Below, piece by piece: positions 23,102 to 34,834 of a stretch of 64,000 nucleotides of DNA. The translations under genes were made by a program, and so were the position numbers. The stretch lies in the NCBI GenBank assembly GCA_001661245.1, contig KV454012.1, positions 1,786,418-1,850,417 on the forward strand. Reading direction: 5' to 3'. The stretch is from Pachysolen tannophilus NRRL Y-2460. Lineage: Eukaryota. Numbering within the stretch: position 1 is the stretch's first letter; the number at the start of each line of letters is the position of its first letter. The notes under the pieces were generated by a model. That model made no database searches. It saw nothing but the letters and a program-made list of their open reading frames with translations, and had not been told where the DNA came from.

Positions 23102-23953
23102 ATGGAGATGGTTAATAATCCAGTTACCAATTGTGAAATGTCATCATATCAAGAATTGTATCAAATAGCCATAAACCTCAATCAGCAGCTAGCTTCTGAG
23201 ATAGTTGAGCTTAATGAAGAAGATGAAAATAGCGATTCTGTTGCTTTTTTAAATACATTAAAATTGAAAAAATTAGAAAAAGTATCTGATTTTATAAGAC
23301 AGCGGTTAATAGAAATTGAAGTTTCTACAAATAAAAATAATTCCAATGGGAATGATTTGCAAAAAATTTTACATGATATAACTAAGACTATAAATTTTGA
23401 AACTTTTAGAAATGGGCAAATTTTAGAAGAAACAAGAATAGAATATGAAAAAGAATTACAAAAAACTAAAAATATAGAAGATGGTATACTGAATGAATTG
23501 CTGGATTCTCTGAATAATTCAGAAGTTCAGATAATGGCTGGTTTCGACAATAATGGTAATCGCCAACAACATGCGAATGAAGATGTGTCGGAGTTACGTA
23601 AAAGATTACTTTCAACTAGAACAACGCAATTTGATACTGATCCAAAGACATATGATGAAAAATTACAATATCATGAAGAACAACAAACAGATATATTGAA
23701 CGAGCTATCATCGATGGTAGGAGCTATTAAAAACGGTGTTTATAAACTTTCGGATTTGATTGAAGAAGACAAGGACGTTTTAAAGAAAACAAGTTCAAAT
23801 TTAGAAGATTCATCTTCAAGGATGGGTACTATGTATAACAAGTTGAAAGAGTACCACGAAAAAGATCGTCTAGGATATTGGTATTATATAAAATTAGTCT
23901 TGGGAATAGTAGTGGCCTTTGTAGTTATCTTATTTGTGATATCTGTGCTATAG
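23102..23953 (+). CDS. USE1: ER SNARE (tail-anchored)
   Basis: ELRKRLL, Qc-SNARE helix HEEQQTDILNELSSMVGAIK..DKDVL, C-terminal TM segment; follows LSG1 as in S. cerevisiae. The start could be 23102, 23108 or 23138. Confidence 0.82.
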   Translation: MEMVNNPVTNCEMSSYQELYQIAINLNQQLASEIVELNEEDENSDSVAFLNTLKLKKLEKVSDFIRQRLIEIEVSTNKNNSNGNDLQKILHDITKTINFETFRNGQILEETRIEYEKELQKTKNIEDGILNELLDSLNNSEVQIMAGFDNNGNRQQHANEDVSELRKRLLSTRTTQFDTDPKTYDEKLQYHEEQQTDILNELSSMVGAIKNGVYKLSDLIEEDKDVLKKTSSNLEDSSSRMGTMYNKLKEYHEKDRLGYWYYIKLVLGIVVAFVVILFVISVL

Positions 23954-24790
23954 AAACTTTTTTAATAACAAATGCTATTTATATTTTATTATTATTATTA
24001 TTATTAGTAGTAGTAGTAGTAGTAGTAGTTACGGGAAACATCTCACACCAGTGCAAACTACATCTTACACCATTAATTGAAACGTCCTGCACCAAATATT
24101 AAGGCATCCCACACCATTGGATCTGCTTGCTATCTTCCCTACGTCACCCCGGGTTTCTAACCTTTTAAAAGAAAGAACCCTTAAATTCATGCCAGTCAAA
24201 ATCTAACAATAATATAGTGAATGCAGTAGAAGTTGCAGTAGAAGTTGCAGCGAAAAGTTGCAGTGATTTGCATAGTGTGATGGACTAAGTTAAGTTGTTC
24301 TACTTGTTTCTAACCAATTCGATTTATTTTGATTTGCTCTTTACTGCAGAGTAACATATATCAGAGCAAAGAAACTAAAATAAAATTAAAATGTTAATAA
24401 TAATAGAAAAAAGATTTCCATTAGGTGATAACTTCTGCTTCAAGATGTTGAAAGGCGGAAAAAAAAGAAAAGAAAAGAAAAGGGTTTCAACATTCTCAAA
24501 TAGAGATCTATATAATTTCATTTTGTCTTTGCCTGTTGAAGGAACATACCACAACAGGTAAGTTCGATTTAAGTGTATAAAAAATTCAACAGAACACTCA
24601 TTAATCTTGGGTATTGGCTTTTAACTATTTTTCAATCTTCTCAATCTTTTACCCGTTACCGTTTACCGTGGCTATGTGTATATATTCCACAGTCTCCACC
24701 TCCCACAACAGTTTATAAAAATTTCTACTGGAAATAGCGGGTTATTATTATTATTATTATTATTATTAAAGGTAAAGAATAAGAATAGAA

Positions 24791-25014
24791 AGGGGGAAAT
24801 CTTAACTATCTATTGTGGTTGCAATTTTTATTATGGCGAATTTTTTAACGTAATCGGATTTCTCAAAAAGCAAATCGGAATATGAAAATTTTCCAAAAAC
24901 TAGTTTAGTCTCAGGAACCAGCCAACCAAATTCAAATTAAGTAGCCCCTCAGAAATTACTTCTCCTTCTTTTAATTAAAGAAAAACAACTGCTGACTAAC
25001 AATTTAGTACCCCT
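24791..25014. promoter_or_regulatory. Three STRE-like sites (AGGGG 24791; CCCCT 24945 and 25010) upstream of DDR48; TATA box at about 25156
   Basis: Motifs are rare in this AT-rich DNA and precede a stress gene. Confidence 0.5.
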
Positions 25015-25301
25015 GATATTTACCACATAATTTCTAAATTATTTTCCTTTGAAAATAGTATCAAAATATTAACTTTGAAAAATTTAGGAATCTTCAAGTA
25101 TGCACTAATATGCAAAGACGACTAAAATGGGAAACGTGATTGCTAGAAGTAATCATATAAATAGAATCATGATCTTCTTATTAGATCCAGTTCTTTCTTT
25201 CCTGTTGTAAAGTTAAGACTGTATTTGCTATCTCATTTACAAATCTTTTCAATTCAATTCAATTCAATTCAATTCAAATTTCAAATTTTCAAAATTTCAA
25301 G

Positions 25302-25940
25302 ATGGGTTTATTCGATAAAGTTAAAGAAAACTTGAATCAAGACACTTTAAACAAAATTGGTGAAAAGATCCAGAGTCAGACTTCTAATTCGAGTTCAAAT
25401 AATCAAGATTCTTATGGTTCATCTAACTCCGACTCCTATGGTTCATCTAACTCCGATTCATATGGTTCGTCAAACTCCAATTCCTATGGTTCATCAAATT
25501 CCGACTCATATGGTAAAGGAGGTAACAGCAACTCTTATAATTCCAATGATTCTTATGGATCATCCAGAAACGACAATACTTATGGTGGTGGTAATGACAA
25601 TTATGGTTCCTCGAATTCCAACTCTTACGGGGGTAATGACTCTTATGGTAGTAGCAACAGAGGTAACAGTAATTCCTATGGAGGTAGTGACTCATATGGC
25701 AGTAATAACAGAGACAATAATGACTCTTACGGAGGTGGCGACTCATATGGTAGTAGCAACAGAGGTAACAGCAACTCCTATGGAGGTAGCGACTCATATG
25801 GTAGTAATAACAGAGACAATAATGATTCTTACGGAGGTGGTGACTCATATGGTAGCAATAATAGAGGCAATAGCAACTCATATGGAGGTGGCGACTCATA
25901 TGGAGAAGGTAGAGGCGGCCGTGGCGGCTCAGACTGGTAA
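25302..25940 (+). CDS. DDR48: Stress protein with DSYG repeats
   Basis: N-terminus MGLFDKVK and S/N-x-DSYG repeats characteristic of Ddr48. Confidence 0.9.
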   Translation: MGLFDKVKENLNQDTLNKIGEKIQSQTSNSSSNNQDSYGSSNSDSYGSSNSDSYGSSNSNSYGSSNSDSYGKGGNSNSYNSNDSYGSSRNDNTYGGGNDNYGSSNSNSYGGNDSYGSSNRGNSNSYGGSDSYGSNNRDNNDSYGGGDSYGSSNRGNSNSYGGSDSYGSNNRDNNDSYGGGDSYGSNNRGNSNSYGGGDSYGEGRGGRGGSDW

Positions 25941-26359
25941 GGTGTGCTAGATTTTAGATATAGTAATAGTATTCTTCGTAAAATTTTCAAGAGATGTTCC
26001 ATTTCTTCCTATTTTTTTTTTTTTTTCTTACTATCTTTTTTAGTTTTCAGTGAGGATAAAAGTGATGTGGCTGTAGCTGCTACTAACAGTTATATCACCG
26101 TACCAAATTACCAAACTCTAATTAGATTTATATTATAAATAAATGAGATAAATGATGGTGTTTCTCATTTCAAAGATTCACTTACAGTCTATGTGCCAAT
26201 CTGCAAACAGAAAGGTCATAAACGTCACCCTGCATTGAAATAAAATTAATATCGACACTTAAATTTACACAATATAAAATATATAACAAGTAGAAAAAAA
26301 AAAACTCCATAAAAATTCATACTTTTCTTTTTTTTTTCTTTTCATTTAAGACTCAAAAA

Positions 26360-29300
26360 TTATTCAAAAATGTGTACTGCATCACAAGCAGTCTTTAATT
26401 GGTTTATAATCTCATCAGTTTGCTCTTTGGAGCTACCATCTTTTCCTTCATTATAATATATTGTTTTTATTTCTAAGTTTTCTCTTTTTATAACTATGTT
26501 GTCCAGTAAGAGCATATCTAACGAAAGGACAAATTTGATATATTTCTTGCAACTTTTGTCCACTATTTTCAACCTTAGTACAATAAAGTCTTCATCATCA
26601 TCATTATCAATATATGTTATTGGAGTTTGTAAATTGATCAACCATAGCTGCTTATCCAACTTTAGTAGATTATTATAAAGTTTCTTGAAGGACTGTAAAT
26701 AAGACGGTACATCTTTGAAACTAATTAATTTTGTTAATCTAGTAGAAAATCTAGATATAATTGGTGACAGCAACCCATCTATACAAATGATCTTAATTGA
26801 ATTAATATCTTTTAAATCATTCAAATTAATTTCAAATTGAATAGTATCCAATGACATCTGTAACATGCAATTTTCTTTGTCGTATGCAACATATTTGAAA
26901 CCGGTTATTGATTGAATCAATTTGAACTTATGTTCTAAAAGATCAACCTCTTCTGATTTGTAAACTTTATTATAATTAATATTAGCCAGAATATCTTCAA
27001 CTTCTATACTCAAATCTTCCAACATTTGGGTTTTCAACTTTAATTGTTCTTCTAGTTGGGTTAGCTCTTCATTGAGAGAAACTAATTCCCTTTTCTTTGA
27101 TAAACACAAATCAGTTATTGCAATGACTTCTTTTCTAACTCTTAATAATTCTTCTTTATCACAACTGGCAAATTCTTCTTTGTCCTTAATTAGATCTTCC
27201 AATCTCAGTCGAGTTTCATTTTTTCTTCTCAACAAATCGTCATACTGTTCCTTAAGGGCTTTTAGTTTAGACTCAACTTTGAGTTTATCATCTTCAAAAG
27301 CTCTTTTGTTTTTAATTAGACCTTGGTAGACACCTTCAATCAATTGTGATCTCCAACCATACCATACACTTTTAGCTTGTTCTCTCGCATAATTTTTCAA
27401 TATTTGAAACAGTTGATTCATGGTCGATTGTACAGTTTCTGATGACTCCATATATTCTCTAATTAAAGGAGGATTTTCTTCAAGAATTTCCTTCTCTAGT
27501 TTCTCAAATAGTTCCTTTCCTTCAACTATATTTTTCTTCAATTCTTTACAACTAAAATCAGTCAATTCAAAGAACTTTAGCTTTTGCAAAGCAACCACAT
27601 AGTCGGATAAATGTAAGTTTTCATTTCCATTTTTACAAATAAACTTGGAATCATTGAAGTCATCTTTAACATCTAAATCATCATGAAATTTAATATCAAC
27701 AGTATCCAAGAAAGTATTCAATGCAACAGGAACATAATCATCGGAAACGTCTTCAATATCTTGAGAGTCATCAAAACCATCAGAACCATCAGAACCGGTC
27801 AACGAAACTGTAGTGGTAACGACAGCCTGCTGGAGATCAAGCAACGGCTTTTTTTGTCTTGACGATCCATATAAAACCTCTTCCTCTTTTGAAATTTTGT
27901 TTGGAGTCAAGCTATTTTTCTTGGCAGCTCTTAATGGCGTCAACCCGGAAATTGTTATATCACTAAGTGAACGTCTTCTTCTTGGGGAGCTCATTTGCTT
28001 GGCAATATGGGTAAAACTCTCCTTTTGCCTCCTCTTTGGTGTTAAAGAATTGACCATTTCTTTAAGGTTGAGTTGTCTTGGTGATACCGAAAAAGATTTA
28101 CTTGGAGTAGCTGGGGCACTATGTGGTTTCTCTGATTTCCCTAATTGATCTTTCTCAGTTTCATCTATTTTGTCGGCTTCAACATTTGGTACAGCTTGAA
28201 TTGAATGAAGCTTGTTAATCGAAGGGGAAGGTTCTTCAGTATTTGAAATACTTGGTATTTCAGGTGAAGTAACAGATACTTTTCTCTTTTTATTTGAAGA
28301 AGAACGTTCATTTGGGGATCCATTGTCATTTGTACCTTGAAGACTTTTTCTTGGGGTACAATTCGACAACCTTTTAGATGAAGTGCGATGATGAGGTGAT
28401 TGAGGCAATGTTGTTGGTAACATTATTGGAGCTGAGCTAACAAAAGGATCTATATCTGAAAGTTCTTTGTTATTTTCGGATGTCTCTTGATATTTATCAG
28501 TTAGTTTTGAAGCATCTGACAAGGGCAGTGTAGAAAAATCTTTATTATTGAAATTTTCGTTATGATCTAAATCGGAAGAGCCACCTGTAACTCTTAAAAG
28601 ATCTAACATTAAAGTTGGATCACCAAATACTCCAACTAAATCATTATTTTCTTGGTTTTCAACTTGGTTCAAGTTCTCATCTCCAGCATTATTACGGATC
28701 AACTTTGCTGCTGTTGCATTTTCAGTCTCCTTCTTATGCATCTCTTCATCTTCAGGCTCGGACATTTCAGCAATTTCAGATAACTTTCTAACACTAGGAT
28801 AAACGGTTGTTAAATCCATAGAAATATCATCATTTTCTTCTTGACTTTCTCCCTCCATTGAGCTCTGTTGAGACTTTTCAACTTGAGTTTGAGTGCTAGT
28901 TGCAAATGGCTGTTGTTCTGAATCTTGTGAGTCTTGTGATATTGAAATTTCAATTGATCCATTTGTTTCATGTGATGATGAATTTTCTATTATTGACTCT
29001 TTCTTTGTAGTTGTTTCTTTAGGCATTGAAATATTTTCAGTAATCTCCATATCCATAGACTTTTCTATTATTCTATTAGTGTTTTCAAATATTTGAATTT
29101 GACCATGATGAGTAGTTAAATCCATTGCTACTTCTTCTGATCCGATTTCAGATTGAATTGTTGTTTTAACTTGGCCATAATTTGTAGTCAAATCCATTGT
29201 GGAATCCCCACCAACCGTATCGTTTCCTTCAATTTCTTCTTCATGAGAGTGATTTACGTTTTTAATGCTACCAATATTTGTTGTAACATCCATTGTCAGT

Positions 29301-29986
29301 TCATTTTCAATATCATCATCATTATCTTGATAAATGGTGAATTCCGGTTCTTTTATTTTTGAATTACGACCAACAAAGTTAGTAGAGACCTGAGTTGTTG
29401 CAGTATTGTCATTATTATCATCATCATCATCATCAATTTCCATATCACTACTATCAGTTAACATTTCCTTCCCGCCATCATCATCTTCCTTTTCATCATC
29501 TTCATCAGCGTCTTTGTTTATAAAAGGAGGAATAAAATGAACACTATCTCTTCTCCTTGGCTCTCTTTGCTTTGGTAACAGTTCAAAATAATGAGATGGC
29601 AAAGTATTAATTTTATGTAAAGTAACCTCTGGAGCAAATGAAACTCTTCTCTTATTTTTTGTTTGTTTTTTATTATTATAATTGGAAGAACTTCCTAATG
29701 ATTCTCTAGGTCCTACTTTTTGCATGATCGTAATTGTATGATTATCGGCGCTAAATCCACCGCGCTTTCCATCGTCATCCTCCTCAGCATTAAGCGAAAT
29801 GGCATTTCTTGATTTCAATATACTTTTAGAAGGCAGCAACGTGTGTCTTCTAGAAACTATTTTTTTCTTATTATTATTATTATTATTATTATTAATATTA
29901 TTATTATTTTTGTTTAGTTCAATATTCTCCTTACTATCAGCATCAAAAAATAGCTTCTTATTTGGAGAACTAGGAGCAGAAACCAT
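26360..29986 (-). CDS. SPC105: Outer kinetochore protein KNL1/Spc7
   Basis: SILK and RRVSFAPEVTLH PP1 motifs, MELT-like MDVTT/MDLTT/MEIT repeats, Spc7 domain FSCKELKKNIVEGK..NPPL..WYGWR. First ATG at 29986. Confidence 0.95.
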   Translation of the reverse strand: MVSAPSSPNKKLFFDADSKENIELNKNNNNINNNNNNNNKKKIVSRRHTLLPSKSILKSRNAISLNAEEDDDGKRGGFSADNHTITIMQKVGPRESLGSSSNYNNKKQTKNKRRVSFAPEVTLHKINTLPSHYFELLPKQREPRRRDSVHFIPPFINKDADEDDEKEDDDGGKEMLTDSSDMEIDDDDDDNNDNTATTQVSTNFVGRNSKIKEPEFTIYQDNDDDIENELTMDVTTNIGSIKNVNHSHEEEIEGNDTVGGDSTMDLTTNYGQVKTTIQSEIGSEEVAMDLTTHHGQIQIFENTNRIIEKSMDMEITENISMPKETTTKKESIIENSSSHETNGSIEISISQDSQDSEQQPFATSTQTQVEKSQQSSMEGESQEENDDISMDLTTVYPSVRKLSEIAEMSEPEDEEMHKKETENATAAKLIRNNAGDENLNQVENQENNDLVGVFGDPTLMLDLLRVTGGSSDLDHNENFNNKDFSTLPLSDASKLTDKYQETSENNKELSDIDPFVSSAPIMLPTTLPQSPHHRTSSKRLSNCTPRKSLQGTNDNGSPNERSSSNKKRKVSVTSPEIPSISNTEEPSPSINKLHSIQAVPNVEADKIDETEKDQLGKSEKPHSAPATPSKSFSVSPRQLNLKEMVNSLTPKRRQKESFTHIAKQMSSPRRRRSLSDITISGLTPLRAAKKNSLTPNKISKEEEVLYGSSRQKKPLLDLQQAVVTTTVSLTGSDGSDGFDDSQDIEDVSDDYVPVALNTFLDTVDIKFHDDLDVKDDFNDSKFICKNGNENLHLSDYVVALQKLKFFELTDFSCKELKKNIVEGKELFEKLEKEILEENPPLIREYMESSETVQSTMNQLFQILKNYAREQAKSVWYGWRSQLIEGVYQGLIKNKRAFEDDKLKVESKLKALKEQYDDLLRRKNETRLRLEDLIKDKEEFASCDKEELLRVRKEVIAITDLCLSKKRELVSLNEELTQLEEQLKLKTQMLEDLSIEVEDILANINYNKVYKSEEVDLLEHKFKLIQSITGFKYVAYDKENCMLQMSLDTIQFEINLNDLKDINSIKIICIDGLLSPIISRFSTRLTKLISFKDVPSYLQSFKKLYNNLLKLDKQLWLINLQTPITYIDNDDDEDFIVLRLKIVDKSCKKYIKFVLSLDMLLLDNIVIKRENLEIKTIYYNEGKDGSSKEQTDEIINQLKTACDAVHIFE

Positions 29987-30686
29987 TTTTCTCGATATAT
30001 CAATCAAACAGCTCTTGATCAATATCCCCAATTATTTTAAATGAACAATAACTTTATAAATAAAATAAAATATATATTTATTTTATTTGTTTACTTTTTT
30101 ACTATTACTCTTTTTGTTTATCTTTTCCAATTCATCTTTTTTTTTTGGTTTTTTTTATCGTCCCAAGAGATGAGTTCCCAAAACAGTGTTTGTGTTTTCT
30201 GCACACGACTTTAGGTTTTTCCAGTATTAAAGAAAGTTTTATTACTTAGCTTTATCAATAGCTAACAGTTTAACAGTTAATAGTTGATAGCTAGTGATGA
30301 TAAGAGTATTTCAATTATTCTCTTGTTAATTGCTTATGATTCTTATTTTTGAATGTTATTTATATTAGGAAAAAAGAAAAAAAACAGGAATATAATAATT
30401 GTTGTGATAAAAAAGGAATAAAAAAAAAAAAAAAATTTGCTCATCGAAAAGTGATCAACACAATACAGTATAAAGATGTATGTATATCAAAATAAAAAAT
30501 ATAAAAAAAATAAAATAAAAAAGTAAATTAGTAACTTTATGTATCAAAATCTCGTTAAAGCCTTTGGTTCGATCAATAATAAAATTGAGTATGAATAGCA
30601 TAATACAATAATGGGGGGAGGAATAAAAAAAAATAAAATAAAAAAAAATTAAAAAAATGAGAAACTTTTTTCTTTTCTTTTCTGTT

Positions 30687-31721
30687 TTAATGACCTCCAG
30701 TAGTTGGAAGACCTACAAATACTTTAAACGAATCGTAGATCAACCATTGGAAACCAGTTAAAGTACCAATCATGACAATTCTCATTGGTAAACCGTTCCA
30801 TAAACCGGTGAATCCAATTTGCTTATAAATAGTACCAATAGATTTACCTGTTGAAGAAACTTGAGAAACCAAGACATCTGCTGGATGTGATACTGTTGCA
30901 CAAAAGATACCAGCAATGTAACCACCTGTAAATGAAACACCTGTTTGAGCTAAAACGGACATTTCACTTTTTTTCGTTGGTAATCTTGCATAAATTGCTT
31001 CAACTATTTTTTCAAATGAAGAAAATTTGACCATTGTATATGGAATTTGTCTACACCATAATGGAACTAAACCTTTATATAAACCACTAAATCCATCTTT
31101 AGCAACAAATTTTCTCCAACCATCAAATACTGAAGAAGCATAAGGTGGAAGAGTTGTTTGAGTTCTAACTTTAATTGATTCAAATGGACACAACAGTAAA
31201 TCTGCAAGAAATTCAGCAGATGCAGAAGCAGCTAAAAAGATAATAGTATTATAATTTTCAACAAAACTTGGACCAGCTAAATCACTATAAGTTTTTTTAA
31301 AATATTCATAAAATCCATATTTACCAGCACCTTGAAGACCATAACCAATAAGAGTAGCACCAAAACCTGTATATAAACCACCAAACCCATCAGCAGCAAA
31401 TATTTTTTTAAAACCATCAATATTCGACTTATATAAAGAAGCATTCACTTGACGTCTACATTTAACAAGATCTAATGGAGTAATACCGGAATGTGTAGGA
31501 GCACAAGCTAAAATACCCCCAACAGTACAAGTAGCATAATATTCTCCAGAATATAATTCAATTTTTCTCTTTTCCAGTGGCTTAACACTTTCAGCTGCTT
31601 TCTCAATTGATTGTTTAATCCAATAACCTGAAGGAATTGTAACTTTACTATTATTATTTCTATTATTATTATTATTATTATTATCCGAAGAGGATGCCGA
31701 TGATGGGAAAAAAGATGACAT
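30687..31721 (-). CDS. PIC2: Mitochondrial phosphate/copper carrier
   Basis: [72 protein letters not shown]. First ATG at 31721. Confidence 0.9.
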   Translation of the reverse strand: MSSFFPSSASSSDNNNNNNNRNNNSKVTIPSGYWIKQSIEKAAESVKPLEKRKIELYSGEYYATCTVGGILACAPTHSGITPLDLVKCRRQVNASLYKSNIDGFKKIFAADGFGGLYTGFGATLIGYGLQGAGKYGFYEYFKKTYSDLAGPSFVENYNTIIFLAASASAEFLADLLLCPFESIKVRTQTTLPPYASSVFDGWRKFVAKDGFSGLYKGLVPLWCRQIPYTMVKFSSFEKIVEAIYARLPTKKSEMSVLAQTGVSFTGGYIAGIFCATVSHPADVLVSQVSSTGKSIGTIYKQIGFTGLWNGLPMRIVMIGTLTGFQWLIYDSFKVFVGLPTTGGH

Positions 31722-32153
31722 TATGAATAAATACAACTTATAAACAATTATAATTCAATTAATATATTAGAATAAAAATAAGTTACTTAAATTTATTAAT
31801 TCTTTAAACACAATTGATAATCAATTAAAATTAAAATTAAAATTAAAAAAACTTGACTTGAAAAAGAAAAAAAGAAAATAATAATTGAATTCACCTATAA
31901 AAAGAAGAAATATATAAAATAAAATAGCAACAATTTATCTTTCCCCCAATAATACCTTACAAAAAAAAAAAAAAAAAAAAAAAGAAAAAGAAAAAGAAAA
32001 ATACCGGATATTATGGTATCTCACTAATGGGCTCAGATACATATTTTTCCTATGTCTAAAAGGAATTAGGTGCATAAATATAGGAAATTTACTCTTCAGT
32101 TAATCATTTAACATTTGACCGAGGAATCGTAGAGAAATAGTAGCAAAGATTGC

Positions 32154-32191
<38 letters not shown>

Positions 32192-32668
32192 AATATATAG
32201 GAATATAATGTTAATGAATATACTCATCAATAATAAATACCGCTTAACATAGATACGGTGCTCATCCTACTTTTTTCACTATTCCTTGCACCTAAGAAAA
32301 CAAAGATGCACGATGCACACGATTCAATTGGTTGCAGCTAAGAGTACCGAGTACAAATACAAATTCATTCTCTAAGAGGTATGAAAGAATTTACAAGTAT
32401 GTATATATATTTATGGATTTGAAATTGACATTAACAATTTTGGTTCAAGTTTAAATCAAAGAAACTTATAAGTTCATAGTCCATTGTCGGGCTCGGGCTT
32501 TTATATTTGGCACGAGAGGACAAGTCAAATAGTTTTAGTCTTAGTGTTAGTCTTAGTTTTTGATACGTTTCATACACTACTTTGTTTTTATCATGTGATA
32601 AGAGAAGTATATTATCTATATATATATATATATATATATATATAATCAGTATAGCATCGATAACGGTT

Positions 32669-34537
32669 TCAAGTTAAATCATCTAATCTAGATTGTAATC
32701 TTTCTTCTATTGATAAGTCATTTCTATCAATACCACTTTTATTTTTTTCATATTTTTCAAAATTGGTATATAAATCATTGAAAAAATCATGGGTATTTAA
32801 GATTTTATCACCTCCCAAAATTAATCTACAATTTTTATTATTTAAATTTAAATTATGAACAATTCTTGATTCTTCATAAGTGGTACCTCCAACCATGTAT
32901 ATGATAATATCTTGACTTTTTTCATTTGGATTTAAAGCATAATCATTATTTGAACTTAAAATTGGAAACATTGACAGTGGTAATTTTCCTCTTACTGCTT
33001 TACTTATTATTGCTTCTAATCTTGGAATATGTTGCATAAATATATTATCATTTTCATGAGATGTTTTAAAACCTGCAATTAATGTCGATGTAGCCTTATT
33101 AAATAAATTTTCTTCATTATCAAGTCTTTTAGTTTTACCATAAAATCTAACAATAAATTGAATTAATTTTATCTTAGAATCACTTATCCCTTGTGATTTT
33201 AAAATATTTAATAATTTACTTAATTGATTACTTGGATTTGATTCATATCTTAAAGCATACAAGACAACTAACCTAATTTTAGCTTCTTGACTTATTGGTG
33301 GTAAAAGTTTTTGTTGTTCTTCAGTTAAAGCATCATTTGTAGATAAATTGTTTAATAATTTTTCTAAATCTTCTAAATCAGATGAATGATTGTTACTACA
33401 GGATAAACTTTGTTCTAATTCACTTACTTCCCATAATCTTTGTTGAGTAATATTTCTATCCAATTCAGAAGCTAATGACATATGTTTACTAACATTATTA
33501 GATAATTTTCTAAATTCTGGATATGATTCAACAAATTGTTTCATATCTTGAATAGAATCTAATTTTGCAGTAGATTTAGTTTTAACTTTATATTTTTCAA
33601 CATAATCTTTTATCTTATCACTTAAATCACCAAAATTCAAATACATTGATTCTTTATAAAAACTATCTTGATCAGGAGATAAAACAATCTTACTAAGCTC
33701 TTTTGAAATATTTGGCATATAAGATAAGTCAACTGTATTGTTGGAAATACCAATCAATTCATGAACCATAGATTGGAAAGTCCAAGGTGTTAATAATGGA
33801 GTTATAGGATCATTTTTCCTATCCAATATTAATAATAAAGGTGGAACATCTTTTATAGCAAAAGTATCAAATAATTGATTATTACTATTTTCCTTTATCT
33901 TAGAATTTAAATTATTTGCTAAAGTTTCAGCCATTGCTGAATTTTTTTCATACCTTATAACTGGTTTCTGTTCTAATGATAGCAACAATGCAGTTAAAGA
34001 ATTAACAGCTGTGTTTAAGTATGATTTGTTCCATGAATCTAATGACAGATATATAGGGGTATGGTCCACATTATTAATAGCAAATAAATCTTTATTAACA
34101 ACTAAGTAATCTTCAAAAATCTCTTGAACTTTCACAACAACTTCAAAATCATCCTTTTCTGCTAATCTTTCCAACTGATTTTTACTCAAGATATTATTAA
34201 AATATAATTCATATTGAAAATACTTTGGTGATTGTAATTCAGTTATCAAATAATTAATAGATTCCTCATCAGGTTTTAAAAAACAAATACAGCTCAAATG
34301 CCTCATCTTATCTCTTCCAAAATTATCTAATCTATCAATAAGATAAACTTCATGTTGTAACAACTCCGATTGTGTTGATATCATCGATATTATAGGTGTG
34401 GTATACTTATCCAACAATAACACTTTAATGTTTGGCTGTAAGAAAGCATTGTTATTACTATTTTTTGAATCCTTCGAATCCTTCGAAGTATTCAACAACC
34501 TACTTATATAGTTACTCGATAGCTTTGTTAAATCCAT
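32669..34537 (-). CDS. VPS45: Sec1/Munc18-family vacuolar sorting protein
   Basis: IKVLLLDKYTTPIISM, LLILDRKNDPITPLLTPWTFQSMVHELIG, GGTTYEE. Confidence 0.96.
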   Translation of the reverse strand: MDLTKLSSNYISRLLNTSKDSKDSKNSNNNAFLQPNIKVLLLDKYTTPIISMISTQSELLQHEVYLIDRLDNFGRDKMRHLSCICFLKPDEESINYLITELQSPKYFQYELYFNNILSKNQLERLAEKDDFEVVVKVQEIFEDYLVVNKDLFAINNVDHTPIYLSLDSWNKSYLNTAVNSLTALLLSLEQKPVIRYEKNSAMAETLANNLNSKIKENSNNQLFDTFAIKDVPPLLLILDRKNDPITPLLTPWTFQSMVHELIGISNNTVDLSYMPNISKELSKIVLSPDQDSFYKESMYLNFGDLSDKIKDYVEKYKVKTKSTAKLDSIQDMKQFVESYPEFRKLSNNVSKHMSLASELDRNITQQRLWEVSELEQSLSCSNNHSSDLEDLEKLLNNLSTNDALTEEQQKLLPPISQEAKIRLVVLYALRYESNPSNQLSKLLNILKSQGISDSKIKLIQFIVRFYGKTKRLDNEENLFNKATSTLIAGFKTSHENDNIFMQHIPRLEAIISKAVRGKLPLSMFPILSSNNDYALNPNEKSQDIIIYMVGGTTYEESRIVHNLNLNNKNCRLILGGDKILNTHDFFNDLYTNFEKYEKNKSGIDRNDLSIEERLQSRLDDLT

Positions 34538-34834
34538 ATTGAAGTGACCTCAAACAATCGATTAACTCTGTCTTATGATTTAACAAATAAATACTTTTAT
34601 CTATTTCATACTTATTTTAAGATTTTTTATAATCTCTGGTGTGTTTTTTTTTTTTTTCTAAGGAATACACTACATGGATAAGAGCTATTTTATATATTAA
34701 ATTGTATAAACTAATGATACATTGGATAGTTATATGAGTCTAGGAGTTCAGAGTAATTGAAAATATAAAGATGGAATTTTTGAAAATAATGGAAATTTAA
34801 TGAAAAAAATGAAGTTTCCTATTTAAAAAAGCTA

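Noticed and set aside
25357..25950. Alternative-frame (197 aa) and antisense (150 aa) ORFs over DDR48
   Set aside because: Stop-free shadows expected from a repetitive S/N/D/Y/G coding sequence.
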